Shown here: positions 1 to 13,315 of the stretch, one piece after another
How positions within the stretch are numbered: position 1 is the first letter of the stretch
Layout of the letters: every line of letters starts with the position of its first letter
Origin: an uncultured Holophaga sp.
GTDB lineage: Bacteria; Acidobacteriota; Holophagae; Holophagales; Holophagaceae
Assembly (NCBI GenBank): GCA_963664825.1
Contig: OY761614.1
Span: 3,072,001 to 3,136,000 of the forward strand
Length of the DNA: 64,000 nt
Direction of reading: 5' to 3'
Program-made: the position numbers and the translations under genes
The notes under the pieces: generated by a model
Database searches by the model: none
What the model was told of the DNA's origin: nothing
What the model saw: only the letters and a program-made list of their open reading frames with translations

Positions 1-1262
1 GCGTTCTGGAGGAGGTTGAAGAACACCTGGCGCAGCAGATTGGCCCGCAGGGAGCCCCGCAGGCCGGGCTCCCCGGGATCCAGCTGGAGGCTGATCCGCT
101 GGCTTTGGAGCCGGGGCGCCAGCAGGGTGGCGATGTCCTGCAGGAGGGTGGCCACGGCCACATGCTGGGTGGGGGATTCCTCGGGGCGGTGGAGTTCGTA
201 CATCATCCGCACGATGGTCGAAATGTGATCGATCTCCCGCTCCACGAGCTCCACATAGGGGTAGTACGTGTGCTGGGGAGGAATGGCGGTCTTCAGGAGG
301 CCAAAGGCGCTCTTGATGCCCGCCATGGGACCGTTGATCTCGTGGGCCACGTAGGCCGCCATCCGGGCCTTGGCCGCCAGGCCCTCGCCCTCCCGGTCCA
401 GGAGCTCCTGGTGCTTGCGGGGCGTGATGTCCTGGAAGAAGGCCACGAAGTACCCTGGTTCGGGACTGTGAGCCGATATCGCAAGCCAGAGCCCCAGGGT
501 ATCGAGCCTGATCTCCAGGCGATCCGGCACGCCCCTGCTCGCCACCCGACCCAAGAACGCTAAGAATTCGGGGTTGGATTCCTGGATGCCCGGGATCACC
601 TCGCTGGCCTTCCGTCCCATGACATCCTGCCAGCCCGTCAGGGTCTCGAAGGCCGCGTTCACATCCAGGAACATGAAGTCCCTGGCCTCTTCCCCCTGGA
701 AGAGCACCAGGCCATAGAGGGAGCCCTCCAGCAGGTTCTGGAAGAGGGCTCGATAGCGGTGTTCGGCGGCGCGCCGCAGGACCTCCGCCCGGCTAAGCTC
801 GGTGCTATCCGTGAACGAGACCAAGACGCGTCCCAGGCTGACCTCGAAGCCTTCGGCCACGGTCAGATAGAGTTGCATGGAGCGCAGCTCTCCCTTGGGG
901 TCCCGGATGGGCATCTCCCAGCGGAACGTGAGGGCTCCGTTGGCCAGGGCGATCAGCCCCTCGCGCAGGATGGGGATGGATTGCGGGGATAGGTAGGAGG
1001 AGAAATCCCCCGGCGGGTGGCTCGCGCCGAAAAAGGCCCTGGCGGCCTGGTTGATCTCCAGGAAGCGAATATCCGAGGCGCAGGACAGGATCTGTTCCGG
1101 ATGCGCCGCGAAATGAGCCCTGAAATTCTGGACGCCCGCGGAACGCAATCCCTCGATATGGCCCTGGACGCTCGCGCAGTCCAGGGCCCAGGTCGGGATG
1201 GGCACATGCTCGAAGAGGGAACGGCCATTTCCCTGCCTGGAACCGGCATCAACCTGATCCAT
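1..1262 (-). CDS. PAS-domain sensor histidine kinase (3' end outside window)
   Basis: Manual translation from ATG 1262 (GGAGG RBS): MDQVDAGSRQGNGRSLFEHVPIP... (PAS-like), H-box AAYVAHEINGP, N-box LRQVFFNLLQNA at the window edge; missing from the ORF track because it is truncated. Confidence 0.85.
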   Translation of the reverse strand, partial: MDQVDAGSRQGNGRSLFEHVPIPTWALDCASVQGHIEGLRSAGVQNFRAHFAAHPEQILSCASDIRFLEINQAARAFFGASHPPGDFSSYLSPQSIPILREGLIALANGALTFRWEMPIRDPKGELRSMQLYLTVAEGFEVSLGRVLVSFTDSTELSRAEVLRRAAEHRYRALFQNLLEGSLYGLVLFQGEEARDFMFLDVNAAFETLTGWQDVMGRKASEVIPGIQESNPEFLAFLGRVASRGVPDRLEIRLDTLGLWLAISAHSPEPGYFVAFFQDITPRKHQELLDREGEGLAAKARMAAYVAHEINGPMAGIKSAFGLLKTAIPPQHTYYPYVELVEREIDHISTIVRMMYELHRPEESPTQHVAVATLLQDIATLLAPRLQSQRISLQLDPGEPGLRGSLRANLLRQVFFNLLQN

Positions 1263-1295
1263 CTGGGAGCCTCCTGGAGCCGTGGAAGGGGCTTT

Positions 1296-3155
1296 TCAGG
1301 GTAGCGGGGGGAGGATTGCGTTCTTGGTGGTGGTCCCGCTGCTGGTGTAGAGCTTTTCGATTACATCGGCATAGGTCTCGGCCACGACCCGGCGTTTCAC
1401 CTTCTGGGAAGGCGTCAGGAGGCCATTCTCCTGGGTCATTTCCTTTTCGAGGATGGCGATCTTGCGCACCTTCTCGTAGTTGGAGAGGTGCGCATTCACG
1501 CGGTTCACATGCTTCATCAGCTTGGCGTAGACCTTGGGGTGGGCCACCAGTTCGGTGCGGGATTCGAAGTGGAGATGCTTGCGGGCGCACCAGTCCCGCA
1601 GGACGGGGAAGTTGGGCACGATGAGGGCCGTGATGTGGTTGCGGTGGTCTCCGATGAGCACGGCCTGTTCGATGTAGGGATCGTCCAGGAGGAGGTTCTC
1701 CACGGGCTGCGGGGCCACGTTCTTGCCGCCATTGGTGACGATGATCTCCTTCTTGCGGTCGGTGATCTTCACTCGGCCCTGGGGATCGAATTCGCCCACA
1801 TCCCCCGTGCGGAAGTAGCCCTCCTCATTGAAGGCCTCCCGGCTGGCCTCTTCGTCCTTCCAATACCCCGCCATGACATTGGGACCGTAGGCCAGGATCT
1901 CCCCGTCCGGGGCGAGTTTGAGGAAGGGCTTGTCGTTCCAGGTCCGCAGGAGGGGAGGGCCTACATAGCCCGGCCGCACCCGGCCCTGGCGATTGAGGGC
2001 CAGGATGGGGCTGGTCTCGCTGAGTCCGTAGCCCTCATAGATGGGAATGCCCATGGCCCAGAAGAATTCCATCACTCCTGGATTTAGGGCCGCGCCGCCG
2101 GAGATGCAGAAACGCAGGCGTCCGCCGGTCTTCTCCCGCACCTTGGAGAGCAGGAGCCGGTCCGCGATGCGCCAGGGCAGCCGCAGGAAGAGGGGGGGGC
2201 GCCGGTCCAGGTAGAGGTGGCGCACCACCCGGTGGCAGATGCCCACGGCCCAGCCGAAGACCATCCGCTTGGGGAAGCTCCCCCCGGTAGCCGCGTCCCG
2301 CACCTTGCCGTAGACCTTGTCGAAGATGCGGGGCACGGCCATCAGGACCGTGGGGCGCACCTCTACGAGGTTCTGGGGCATGGAGATGAGGCTCTCGCAG
2401 TAGAAGATCGCCACGCCCAGGTAGAACATGGCGTAATGGCCGCCCAGGCGCTCGAAGATGTGGGAGAGGGGCAGGACGCTCAGGCAGCGGTCTCCCCGCT
2501 CGGGGCGCAGGGCGGGCAGGGCGACCTCCACCGCGTGGGTGATATTGCTGGCCAGGTTGCCGTGACTCAGCATGACGCCCTTGGGATCCCCCGTTGTGCC
2601 CGAGGTATAGATGAGGGTCAGCAGATCCTCGGGCTTGCGCTCCGAGGCCCAGCGCCGGACCTCCGGGCGCTGCCCGTCCAAGGCCGTGCCCTCTTCCATG
2701 AGCTCGGTCCAGCGCAGCACGGGGCCATCGAAATCGGCGGGCACTTCGCCATCCAGGAGGATCACGGTCTCGAGCTCGGGCAGTTCGTGCTGGAAGGCCT
2801 TGAGCTTGTTGAGCTGGGCCGGGGAGGAGCAGAGCACCCATCGGGCGCCGCTGTTGCGGACGATCCAGGCGGTCTGTTCGGCGTTGAGGGTGTGGTAGAT
2901 GGGCACCGACACCAGGCCCGAGAGGGCGCAGGCGAAATCCGTGATGGCCCATTCGGGGCGGTTCTCGCAGAGCAGGGCCAGGCGGTCCCCCACCTGGAGG
3001 CCCCGGGCATGGAGGGCCAGGGCTAGGCGGTCTACGCGCAGATGCAGCTCCCGATGGGAGATGGGCCTGAAGGCTCCCTCCGATTTGGCCGCGAAGGCCT
3101 CGGGAAGATCCAGCCGCAAGGCTTCGTAGAAAATATCAGAAATGGTTTGGGCCAA
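1296..3155 (-). CDS. long-chain fatty-acid--CoA ligase (AMP-dependent synthetase)
   Basis: LIYTSGTTGDPKG AMP-binding motif, YEGYGLSET, FRTGD, DRKKEII. Confidence 0.93.
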   Translation of the reverse strand: MAQTISDIFYEALRLDLPEAFAAKSEGAFRPISHRELHLRVDRLALALHARGLQVGDRLALLCENRPEWAITDFACALSGLVSVPIYHTLNAEQTAWIVRNSGARWVLCSSPAQLNKLKAFQHELPELETVILLDGEVPADFDGPVLRWTELMEEGTALDGQRPEVRRWASERKPEDLLTLIYTSGTTGDPKGVMLSHGNLASNITHAVEVALPALRPERGDRCLSVLPLSHIFERLGGHYAMFYLGVAIFYCESLISMPQNLVEVRPTVLMAVPRIFDKVYGKVRDAATGGSFPKRMVFGWAVGICHRVVRHLYLDRRPPLFLRLPWRIADRLLLSKVREKTGGRLRFCISGGAALNPGVMEFFWAMGIPIYEGYGLSETSPILALNRQGRVRPGYVGPPLLRTWNDKPFLKLAPDGEILAYGPNVMAGYWKDEEASREAFNEEGYFRTGDVGEFDPQGRVKITDRKKEIIVTNGGKNVAPQPVENLLLDDPYIEQAVLIGDHRNHITALIVPNFPVLRDWCARKHLHFESRTELVAHPKVYAKLMKHVNRVNAHLSNYEKVRKIAILEKEMTQENGLLTPSQKVKRRVVAETYADVIEKLYTSSGTTTKNAILPPLP

Positions 3156-3198
3156 GAGGGCGGCTCCGTAGGAAGGGGAATGGTGGCATGTTATCAGG

Positions 3199-4116
3199 AT
3201 GCAATCCAGGCAAGGACTTGCTCCTCTGATTCAGGCCTTCCATCTCGAACAGCTCGCCCGGGGCGTTTCGCCCCACACGGCCCGCGCCCAGAAGGGCGAC
3301 TTGGGAAAACTGCTCGCTCACGCCGTCGCCGAAAAATGGGATTCCTGGGAGGTGGCCCCGAGAATCCTGCGCCGCTTTGCCCTCGAACTGGGAGAGCGGG
3401 GCCTGGATCCCGCCAGTCAGGCGAGAATCCTCAGCACGGCGCGGGCCTTCTTCCGCTGGCTCTTCGAGACCCACCGAATCCCCATCAACCCCGCGACCGG
3501 TCTGCGGAACCCCAAGCAGGCCCAGAAGCTGCCGGCCTTTCTCACCGAGGAGGAGAGCCATGCGCTGTTGGAACTGCCTCCGATGGTGGATTTCCTCAGC
3601 GCCCGCCTGCGCTGCCTGCTGGAATTCCTGTACGCCTCGGGCCTGCGCGTCTCCGAACTGACGGGGCTGGATCTCCAGGATGTGCTGCGGGCGGAGCGCA
3701 CCCTGCAGGTGCTGGGCAAGGGCCATAAGGAGCGCCTCGTGCCCTTCCATGAGGCCGCAGGGGCGATCCTAGACGCCTACCTGGTCCACCGTGGGGCCTT
3801 CCTGGCCGAACACGCCCTGCCGCCCACGGCGGCGCTCTTCCTCAACCAGCGCGGCGGGCGCCTCACGCCCACGAGCGTGAGGACCTTCCTGGGCAGGGTC
3901 ATGGAGGATGTCGCCTTCCGGGCCCGCATCAGTCCCCATGCCCTGCGGCATAGTTTCGCGACCCATCTGCTGAACCGGGGCATGGATCTGCGCGCCATCC
4001 AGGAGCTGCTGGGCCATGCCAGCCTCAGCACCACCCAGCGCTACACCCACCTGGACCTGGAGCAGCTGGCCAAGACCTACGAGAAGGCGCACCCCAGGGC
4101 CCGAAAGAGCGATTAG
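3199..4116 (+). CDS. xerC: tyrosine recombinase XerC/XerD
   Basis: LYASGLRVSEL, GKGHKER, HALRHSFATHLL, LLGHASLSTTQRYTH; C-terminal HPRA typical of XerC/D. Confidence 0.85.
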   Translation: MQSRQGLAPLIQAFHLEQLARGVSPHTARAQKGDLGKLLAHAVAEKWDSWEVAPRILRRFALELGERGLDPASQARILSTARAFFRWLFETHRIPINPATGLRNPKQAQKLPAFLTEEESHALLELPPMVDFLSARLRCLLEFLYASGLRVSELTGLDLQDVLRAERTLQVLGKGHKERLVPFHEAAGAILDAYLVHRGAFLAEHALPPTAALFLNQRGGRLTPTSVRTFLGRVMEDVAFRARISPHALRHSFATHLLNRGMDLRAIQELLGHASLSTTQRYTHLDLEQLAKTYEKAHPRARKSD

Positions 4117-4122
4117 GGGCCG

Positions 4123-4782
4123 TTACTTCAGCTTATCGAGCACCGAATCGATCTGCTCGGAGACCTGGATGATATTGGCGTTCACGCCATCGATCTCCTG
4201 GGTGAGCTTGCGCACGGTCTCCACGGACTTGCCCATATGATCGGCCACCACAGCGAAGCCGCGCCCGTGAACACCGGCCTTGGCGGCCTCGATGCTGGCA
4301 TTGAGGGCCAGCATCTGCATGCTGGTCATGATGGAATTGATGCGGCCCACCAGATTCCGGCTGCCCTCCAGGCTATCGGCGAGTTCCTCCTTGATGGTCC
4401 CTACGATGGTCGCGACATCCTCTCCGACCCGGGTGCTGTTCTCCTCCAGCACGCGCACCATCATGCGGCTCGTAATGGGCGTGATGAGCCGGGTCTCCGT
4501 GTCGCGGATGAGGGCCCGCATCTGGATATCCAGGGCCTCGTCTCCGGTGGTATCGAAGATGAATTCGGGACGCTCCGCCCGGATGGCCTCCAGCGCATTG
4601 GCGCTGGTTCGGATCCCCAGCTGTTGCGCCGCGAGGATGCCCGGGGCGTTGGTGTCCCCGTCCACCACGAAAATCACCCGGACCGCCTGGCTGCGGCTGA
4701 AGAACTGGATCAGGCCGCTGCCGCCCCGTCCACCGCCGATGATCCCGATGGTGAAAACATGATCTCCGTACCACTCGCTCAC
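4123..4782 (-). CDS. small cytoplasmic chemoreceptor: Rossmann-like N-domain plus MCP signalling tip
   Basis: IGIIGGGRGG (GxGxxG) N-terminus; LALNASIEAAKAGVHGRGFAVVA MCP tip; no TM segments; GTG 4782 follows GGAG (the track uses TTG 4794). Confidence 0.8.
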   Translation of the reverse strand: MSEWYGDHVFTIGIIGGGRGGSGLIQFFSRSQAVRVIFVVDGDTNAPGILAAQQLGIRTSANALEAIRAERPEFIFDTTGDEALDIQMRALIRDTETRLITPITSRMMVRVLEENSTRVGEDVATIVGTIKEELADSLEGSRNLVGRINSIMTSMQMLALNASIEAAKAGVHGRGFAVVADHMGKSVETVRKLTQEIDGVNANIIQVSEQIDSVLDKLK

Positions 4783-4925
4783 AGCAGACTCCAAGGATTA
4801 ATCGATACTACTTCAGATTGGCTCTCCCAGGCACTAAGGGGACCCTGGCCCTCAAGGCCTGAGCGCAGGATCAGGGGCTGAGGTAAGATGGCCCTTCACC
4901 CGCGGGTGGAACGAAAGGAAGTGTC

Positions 4926-7294
<2,369 letters not shown>

Positions 7295-7298
<4 letters not shown>

Positions 7299-7903
7299 AA
7301 TGGAGTGGCGCCGCCTGGGCGAGCGCCCTCCTGCTGGGCACGGCCTGCCATTGGCCCGGGCTGCCCTCCCGGGAGAAGGTCTACGGGCCCCACGAGGCGG
7401 GGCTCACCCTGCTCTATGAGAACCCCCTGCTGGCGCCGGAGGCGCGGGCCAACGAGCGCCTCCAGGTGCGGGTGGTCTCCTCCAAGGATATCGCTGGGGG
7501 CAGGGTCGTGCGCCTCACCTACACCTCCCTGCGGGGCGAGCTTTCGGCCCTCTACTTCCAGAAGGGCGGGGGCATCACCCTCAATCCGGACGACAAGACC
7601 GCCGGAGTGACGTTTTTCCCGGTCGGTTTTCCCGACCGCACCCCTCAATGGGAGGTGCGCGGCACCAAGTTCCGTGTCCTGGGCCGGGCCGTGGCCGATC
7701 TGCATGGCCTGAAGCTGCCCGATACCGCCGATCGGGTGGGGGTGTGGGTGGAATCCGAATCGCCCCAGGGTCCGCGCCTGCGCACCTACTTCCTCCCGGA
7801 TATCGGCGAGGTGGAGACCCTGGTCTGGCGCCAGGGAGCCTGGCTCAGTGCCAATCGACTGGTCTCTCGGGGGTTCACGGACGCCCCTGTCTCCCACGAA
7901 TGA
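7295..7903 (+). CDS. hypothetical lipoprotein
   Basis: ATGA overlap with tex; lipobox-like LLLGTAC; GC3-biased codons. Confidence 0.7.
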
Positions 7904-7922
7904 TTCCCACGCTGGAGCCACG

Positions 7923-8825
7923 ATGAGCGATGACAAGAACGCAGCGGCACTGCCCCCCGGCGCGGCCAAGGGCGGCATCCGGGACAATCTCGAGGTGGTC
8001 TGCTTCGCGGTGCTGCTGATCCTCTTCTTCAAGACCTTCGTGGGCCAGCAGTTCACCATTCCCTCGGCCTCCATGCGCAATACGCTGATGATCGGGGACC
8101 ACCTGCTGGTCAATAAGTTCCTCTTCGCCAAGCCCCAATGGGCCTGGGAAGAGAAGCTCTTCCCCATGCGCCATGTGCAGCGGGGCGATATCATCGTCTT
8201 CCGCTATCCCATGAACCGGGAACAGGACTTCGTCAAGCGCTGCGTGGCGCTCCCCGGCGATCTCGTGGAGATCCGGAACAAGCGCCTCTATGTGAACGGC
8301 CAGCAGGTCACCGGCGAATTCGAACACCATGTGGCCAAGCCCGGCGAACAGCCCGAAGCCGGCCCCTGGCCGTTGAACCGGGACGCGGGACGGACCCAGG
8401 TCGAGCAGGCCCGGGAGCTGGCGAACACCGAGGGCAATCTGCCCACCCAGAGCGGTGTCTGGCCCTTCGTGGATCCCGAATCCCTCAAGATGAACCGCCA
8501 GGGCCAGACGCCTCTCGGCCGGGAAGGGCTCCCCTTCCTGTTCCGGGACGATCTGGGGCCCTTCACCGTGCCCCAGGGCCAGATCATGGCCATGGGCGAT
8601 AACCGGGACAATAGCGAGGACAGCCGCTACTGGGGCTTCGTGCCCATGGACCATCTGCGGGGACGTCCCTTCCTGGTGTGGTGGAGCTTCCGGGAGGGCG
8701 GCAACAACGATACCAATGCCGCCGTGCCCGAGGGGCCCGGGGATGTCGCCAAGAACTTCTTCGATGGCGCCCGCCATTTCTTCGTCTGGACCCGCTGGGA
8801 GCGCACGGGGACCATCCCCAGATAG
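7923..8825 (+). CDS. lepB: signal peptidase I
   Basis: IPSASMRNTL (Ser), DFVKRCV (Lys), MGDNRDNSEDSRYWG; ATG 7923 after GGAG. Confidence 0.95.
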   Translation: MSDDKNAAALPPGAAKGGIRDNLEVVCFAVLLILFFKTFVGQQFTIPSASMRNTLMIGDHLLVNKFLFAKPQWAWEEKLFPMRHVQRGDIIVFRYPMNREQDFVKRCVALPGDLVEIRNKRLYVNGQQVTGEFEHHVAKPGEQPEAGPWPLNRDAGRTQVEQARELANTEGNLPTQSGVWPFVDPESLKMNRQGQTPLGREGLPFLFRDDLGPFTVPQGQIMAMGDNRDNSEDSRYWGFVPMDHLRGRPFLVWWSFREGGNNDTNAAVPEGPGDVAKNFFDGARHFFVWTRWERTGTIPR

Positions 8826-8915
8826 GCAACCCAGGGCCCGGTGGGTCGGCACGTTTCGATCGTGAAGACAGGATTGAGGGGCCCCGGTGGGCCCCTCCCT
8901 ATATCGGATGAACAC

Positions 8916-9743
8916 ATGCGAAAAGTCCTTCTCATCCCGGCCCTGCTGCTCCTCGCGGCCTCGCCCCTGGCGGCTTGGGGGCGCGTGGGCCATATCCTGG
9001 TCTCCCAGGTGGCCCTGAAGGATCTGCCGCCGGGAGTCGCGGTCTGGTTCCAGGGGCAGGAGGCCACCTTCCAGGAACACAGTTCGGATCCGGATCACTG
9101 GAAGAACGACCGCAAGGAGGGGCCGCGCCACTTCATCGATAGCGAGTTGTATGGCGGGCCCGAGGCCGTGCCCTACGAGGTCCAGGGGGCGCTCACCCAG
9201 GTGGGGGCTGCGGCCTTCGCCAAGGGGGGGCAGGTGCCCTGGATCATCCAGGACCGCCTGCGGGATCTGATCGACGCCTTCAAGAAGGGCGACCGGGCCC
9301 AGGTCGTCTTTCTCGCCACCGTGCTCGGGCATTACATCGCGGATCTCCACGTGCCCCTTCATACCTCCAATAACCATGACGGCCAGAACAGCGGCCAGAA
9401 GGGGGTTCACTCCCGCTGGGAGACGGGGCTGGTGGAACGCTACGCCAGTCTGGAGTCTCTCGAGATCCAGCAGGCCAAGCTGGAGCCTGATCTCTTTCAC
9501 GCTCCCTGGAGATGGATGCAGGCTGCCCACGCCCTCGTCCCCAAACTCCTGGAAGATGATCGCACGGCTGATCGCACCAGCCCCGTGGGGGCGCGGGGCA
9601 AGGTGCGGGGCGAGGCCTACTGGATGATCTTCGAGGCCCAGCAGGGTGGGGTGGTCAAGCAACAGCTTGCCCTGGCGGGCAGGCATCTGGCGCAGATGAT
9701 CCTCTATGCCTGGGCCCTGGCGGGGAAGCCTAGCAGAGCTTGA
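8916..9743 (+). CDS. secreted S1/P1 nuclease / Zn-dependent phospholipase C-fold protein
   Basis: Signal peptide then [27 protein letters not shown] Zn-ligand motifs. Confidence 0.8.
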   Translation: MRKVLLIPALLLLAASPLAAWGRVGHILVSQVALKDLPPGVAVWFQGQEATFQEHSSDPDHWKNDRKEGPRHFIDSELYGGPEAVPYEVQGALTQVGAAAFAKGGQVPWIIQDRLRDLIDAFKKGDRAQVVFLATVLGHYIADLHVPLHTSNNHDGQNSGQKGVHSRWETGLVERYASLESLEIQQAKLEPDLFHAPWRWMQAAHALVPKLLEDDRTADRTSPVGARGKVRGEAYWMIFEAQQGGVVKQQLALAGRHLAQMILYAWALAGKPSRA

Positions 9744-11328
9744 ACCTCGTGATGAGCTGGCGCAGTTCCACGGCCAGGGCGGCCAGATCATCCACGGTGC
9801 GGGTGGTCTCGGCCAGGGAGGCCGCGAGCTGGGTGGTGGCCGAGGCGTTGCGCTCGGTGTAGTGGAGGGTGGTGCCCATGGCATCGACCACCTCCTCGCT
9901 CACCTTGGCCTGCTCCTGGAGGGCTGCTGCGGCCCGGCGCGAGATGTCGGCCTGACTGCGGATATCGGCCTCGATGGTGGCGAGGCTCGCGCTCACGGTG
10001 GCCACGGCCTTGGATCCGATCTGGACCCGCTGGCCGCTCTCTTCGATGAGGGCGGCGATCTCCTTGGCGGCGGCCCCGCTGCGCTCGGCGAGCTTGCGGA
10101 TCTCTTCGGCCACCACCGCGAAGCCCTTGCCCTGGGCTCCGGCCTTGGCGGCTTCGATGGCGGCATTGAGGGAGAGCAGATTCGTCTGGCGGGCGATATC
10201 GGCGATGACGGTGGTGATGCGCCCCACCTTCTGGGAACTATCGAGGATGGCCTCCATGGCCTGGGTGCTGGCCTGGACATTGAGGACACCCTCGGCGCTG
10301 GCCTGCAAGGAATGGTCCGCGATCTGGACGCCCTGGGAGGAGCCGTGATGGATCTCGGCGATGGCCGAGGAGAGCATATTGAGGGAGCCCGTGGACTGTT
10401 CCACGGCGAGTCGCTGCTGTTCGGCCCCGCCGCTGATCTCGGAGGTGGCCGAGGTGAGCTGGTCGGCCGTGGCGGAGAGCTCGGTGGCGCCCGAGGCCGT
10501 GCGCTCCGAGATCTGGGCGATGGCCTGGATATCCTCTCCCAGTTTCTGCACGGTCTGATTGAGGCTCGAGGAGATGTGGCCGAGTTCGTCCCGGCTCTCG
10601 ATGGGGCAGGTGGCCGTGAGATCCCCGTGATTGACGGCGCTCATGGTGGTCTCGATGGCCTGGATGGCTCTGGAAATCTGCCTGGAGATGAACCGGGTGA
10701 GGAGGGCACCGAGGCCCAGGGCGAGGATGGAGGCCCCCAGGATCCAGGCCCGGCGGCGGTCCCCAACAGTCAGGTCCTGCTGGATGACCCTGGAAGTGGA
10801 TTGTTCGAGGGATTGCTGGAGTTTTTCAAAGGCTGCCCGGCCATCCCGGGTCAGGCCGACATTGGCCTCCATGAGTTCGCCGGAGGCTTCCAGTCCCTTG
10901 AGGCCCTTGGCCTGCTCCAGGGTCGCTGCAAAGCCCGCCACATAGGCCTTGAAGGCCGTCGTGCCCTTGTCCACCAGGGGCCTTTCCTCCGGTGTCCAGG
11001 GCAGGGCTTCCATTTTTTCGAAGGCCTCCTTCAACTGGTCTTCGATGGTCGCCAAGCGGGCTTTGCGTTTGGCGAGATAGGCCTCGTTCTTGGCCGCGGC
11101 GATCATGGAGATATGGACGCCTCGCAGGACATTGGTGGCGTTCAACACCCTCGAGATCTCCTGGGCCTTCGCGAGATCGCCTCCCAGCAAGCGCGTGCCC
11201 TCCTGGGAACTCTGGATGCCGTACCAGCCCAGGAATCCCACGAGCGCCAGGAAGAGGGCCTGCAGCAGGAGGATCACGGAAAATTTCCTGCCAATGGGAA
11301 AATCAGCGAGGAGGTGGGCTGGACTCAT
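9730..11328 (-). CDS. methyl-accepting chemotaxis protein (2 TM, periplasmic sensor, HAMP)
   Basis: [43 protein letters not shown]. Confidence 0.93.
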   Translation of the reverse strand: MSPAHLLADFPIGRKFSVILLLQALFLALVGFLGWYGIQSSQEGTRLLGGDLAKAQEISRVLNATNVLRGVHISMIAAAKNEAYLAKRKARLATIEDQLKEAFEKMEALPWTPEERPLVDKGTTAFKAYVAGFAATLEQAKGLKGLEASGELMEANVGLTRDGRAAFEKLQQSLEQSTSRVIQQDLTVGDRRRAWILGASILALGLGALLTRFISRQISRAIQAIETTMSAVNHGDLTATCPIESRDELGHISSSLNQTVQKLGEDIQAIAQISERTASGATELSATADQLTSATSEISGGAEQQRLAVEQSTGSLNMLSSAIAEIHHGSSQGVQIADHSLQASAEGVLNVQASTQAMEAILDSSQKVGRITTVIADIARQTNLLSLNAAIEAAKAGAQGKGFAVVAEEIRKLAERSGAAAKEIAALIEESGQRVQIGSKAVATVSASLATIEADIRSQADISRRAAAALQEQAKVSEEVVDAMGTTLHYTERNASATTQLAASLAETTRTVDDLAALAVELRQLITRFKLC

Positions 11329-11418
11329 GGGGCTCTCCGATGTCTTGGGGTGCCTTCATCCTTTCGGTCGCCTGAGGCCAGCCATTAGTTTGGAAGGCGC
11401 GGTTCGGTAGAATGCACC

Positions 11419-12828
11419 ATGGATCGTCTTGCGTCAGCAAATTCCTCCGGAGCCGCCCCCCTGAAACGTCTCCTGGAGGTGTTGGGGCCCGCCTCGGAGC
11501 TGGTGCTGGTGGGGGGAGCCGTGCGGGATCGGCTGATGGGGCGGCCCGCAGGGGACTGGGATCTGGCCACGGCCCTGCTGCCTGAGGAGGTCATGGCCCG
11601 GGCCCGCAGGGCGGGCCTCAGGGTCATTCCCACCGGCCTCCAGCACGGCACCGTCACCGTGATGCTCGAGGGGCGTCCCGTGGAGATCACCACCTTTCGG
11701 GGAGATGACGCCTACCTGGACGGGCGTCGGCCGGTTTCCGTGCGCCTAGGGGTCGCCCTGGAGGAGGATCTGGCCCGGCGGGACTTCACCGTCAACGCCG
11801 TGGCCCTGCCCATCGAGGCGCTGGACGCGCCCGACTGGCGGGAGCGCGTGGTGGATCCATTCAATGGCCGAGGAGACCTGGAGGCCCGCCTCCTGCGGGC
11901 GGTGGGCGATCCTCTGGAGCGTTTCCAGGAGGATGGTCTGCGCCCCTTGAGGGCCTGTCGCTTCGCGGCCCAGCTGGGCTTCGAACTGGAAGCGGCCACC
12001 CTGGCCGCCATCCCCCAGCGTCTGGAGGTGGCCCAAAAGGTTTCGGTGGAGCGCGTCTTCCAGGAGCTGCAGAAGCTCCTCTGCGGACAGGATCCGGCTA
12101 AGGGGCTGCGGCTCCTGGAGGGCTCCGGTCTGCTGGATCTGTGGCTTCCCGAACTGCGGTCCCTGGTGGGTTGCACCCAGAACCAGCACCACGACCTGGA
12201 CGCCTGGGAACACACACTTGCCGTGGTGGCGGCCATTCCCGCCGAACCGGAATTCCGGTGGGCGGCCCTGCTGCACGATCTGGGCAAGCCCGCCTCCCGC
12301 ACGCAAGGGCCTGAGGAGGCCGTTCACTTCTACGGCCACGAGGTCCTCTCCTGTCGCCTAGCGGAGGCCCTGCTGGGCCGCCTAAAGGCCAGCCGCGCCC
12401 TCACAGAGGCCGTGGTGGCCCTGGTGCGCCACCACGGCCAGCGGCCATCCTCTGAATGGGGGGATGCCGCCTGCCGTCGCCTGCTGGCGCGCCTGGGGGC
12501 CGATAGGCTCCCCGTGAGCGCCTGGGCCGCCCTCCGGAAGGCCGATCTCCGGGGCCGACGGCACCCCTCCGAACCCCTCCTCCAAGAATTTGATCTCACC
12601 CTTGAGCGCCTGCGGCGCCTGGCGGAGGCTCGTCCTCCCCTTTCATCCCGGGAGCTGGCCCTCCATGGCCAGGATCTGATGGCCTGTCTCGGACGCCCCG
12701 GCGGCCCCTGGCTGGGGCGCTTGCAGGCCCATCTCCTGGATCAGGTGCTGGAGGACCCCGGGCTCAATACGGCAGAGGCCCTGCTGCCCCTGGCCAAGGC
12801 CTGGGCCCAGGAGGAGGCTATCCGCTGA
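11419..12828 (+). CDS. cca: CCA tRNA nucleotidyltransferase / poly(A) polymerase family with HD domain
   Basis: VGGAVRD..DWD, EDLARRDFTVNA, EDGLRPLRACRF, LLHDLGK. Confidence 0.85.
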   Translation: MDRLASANSSGAAPLKRLLEVLGPASELVLVGGAVRDRLMGRPAGDWDLATALLPEEVMARARRAGLRVIPTGLQHGTVTVMLEGRPVEITTFRGDDAYLDGRRPVSVRLGVALEEDLARRDFTVNAVALPIEALDAPDWRERVVDPFNGRGDLEARLLRAVGDPLERFQEDGLRPLRACRFAAQLGFELEAATLAAIPQRLEVAQKVSVERVFQELQKLLCGQDPAKGLRLLEGSGLLDLWLPELRSLVGCTQNQHHDLDAWEHTLAVVAAIPAEPEFRWAALLHDLGKPASRTQGPEEAVHFYGHEVLSCRLAEALLGRLKASRALTEAVVALVRHHGQRPSSEWGDAACRRLLARLGADRLPVSAWAALRKADLRGRRHPSEPLLQEFDLTLERLRRLAEARPPLSSRELALHGQDLMACLGRPGGPWLGRLQAHLLDQVLEDPGLNTAEALLPLAKAWAQEEAIR

Positions 12829-12829
12829 G

Positions 12830-13315
12830 TTAGGCCGATTCGATGAGCACCACGGCCTGGGCCGCCAGGCCTTCGCCTCGGCCGGTGAAGCCCAGCTTTT
12901 CGGTGGTGGTGGCCTTCACGTTGAGGCATTCGGGTTCGATTCCCAGCAGGGGCGCGATGCGTTCCCTCATGGCCTCCCGGTGGGGGCCCAGCTTGGGGCG
13001 CTCGCCGATGAGCAGGACGTCGGCATTGGCCACGCGCCATCCCCTTTCCCGGAGGCTCTCCATGACGCGCTGGAGGAGGGCCGCGGAATCAGCCCCCTTG
13101 TAGGCGGCGTCCGTATCGGGAAAGTGCTGGCCGATATCCCCCAGCCCCGCGGCTCCCAGTAGCGCGTCCATGAGGGCGTGGAGCATCACGTCGGCGTCGC
13201 TGTGTCCGGCGAGGCCGCGATCGTGGGGGACGGCGATCCCCATGAGCATGCAGGGGCGTCCTTCCCCGGGGCTCGCGAAGCGGTGGACATCGAAGCCCTG
13301 GCCCACGCGGATCAT
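12830..13315 (-). CDS. ispF: 2-C-methyl-D-erythritol 2,4-cyclodiphosphate synthase
   Basis: [43 protein letters not shown]. Confidence 0.97.
   Translation of the reverse strand: MIRVGQGFDVHRFASPGEGRPCMLMGIAVPHDRGLAGHSDADVMLHALMDALLGAAGLGDIGQHFPDTDAAYKGADSAALLQRVMESLRERGWRVANADVLLIGERPKLGPHREAMRERIAPLLGIEPECLNVKATTTEKLGFTGRGEGLAAQAVVLIESA

Noticed and set aside
3199..4116. Possible prophage or island integrase
   Set aside because: Sequence is housekeeping XerC/D type; no att site, dif site or phage genes seen nearby
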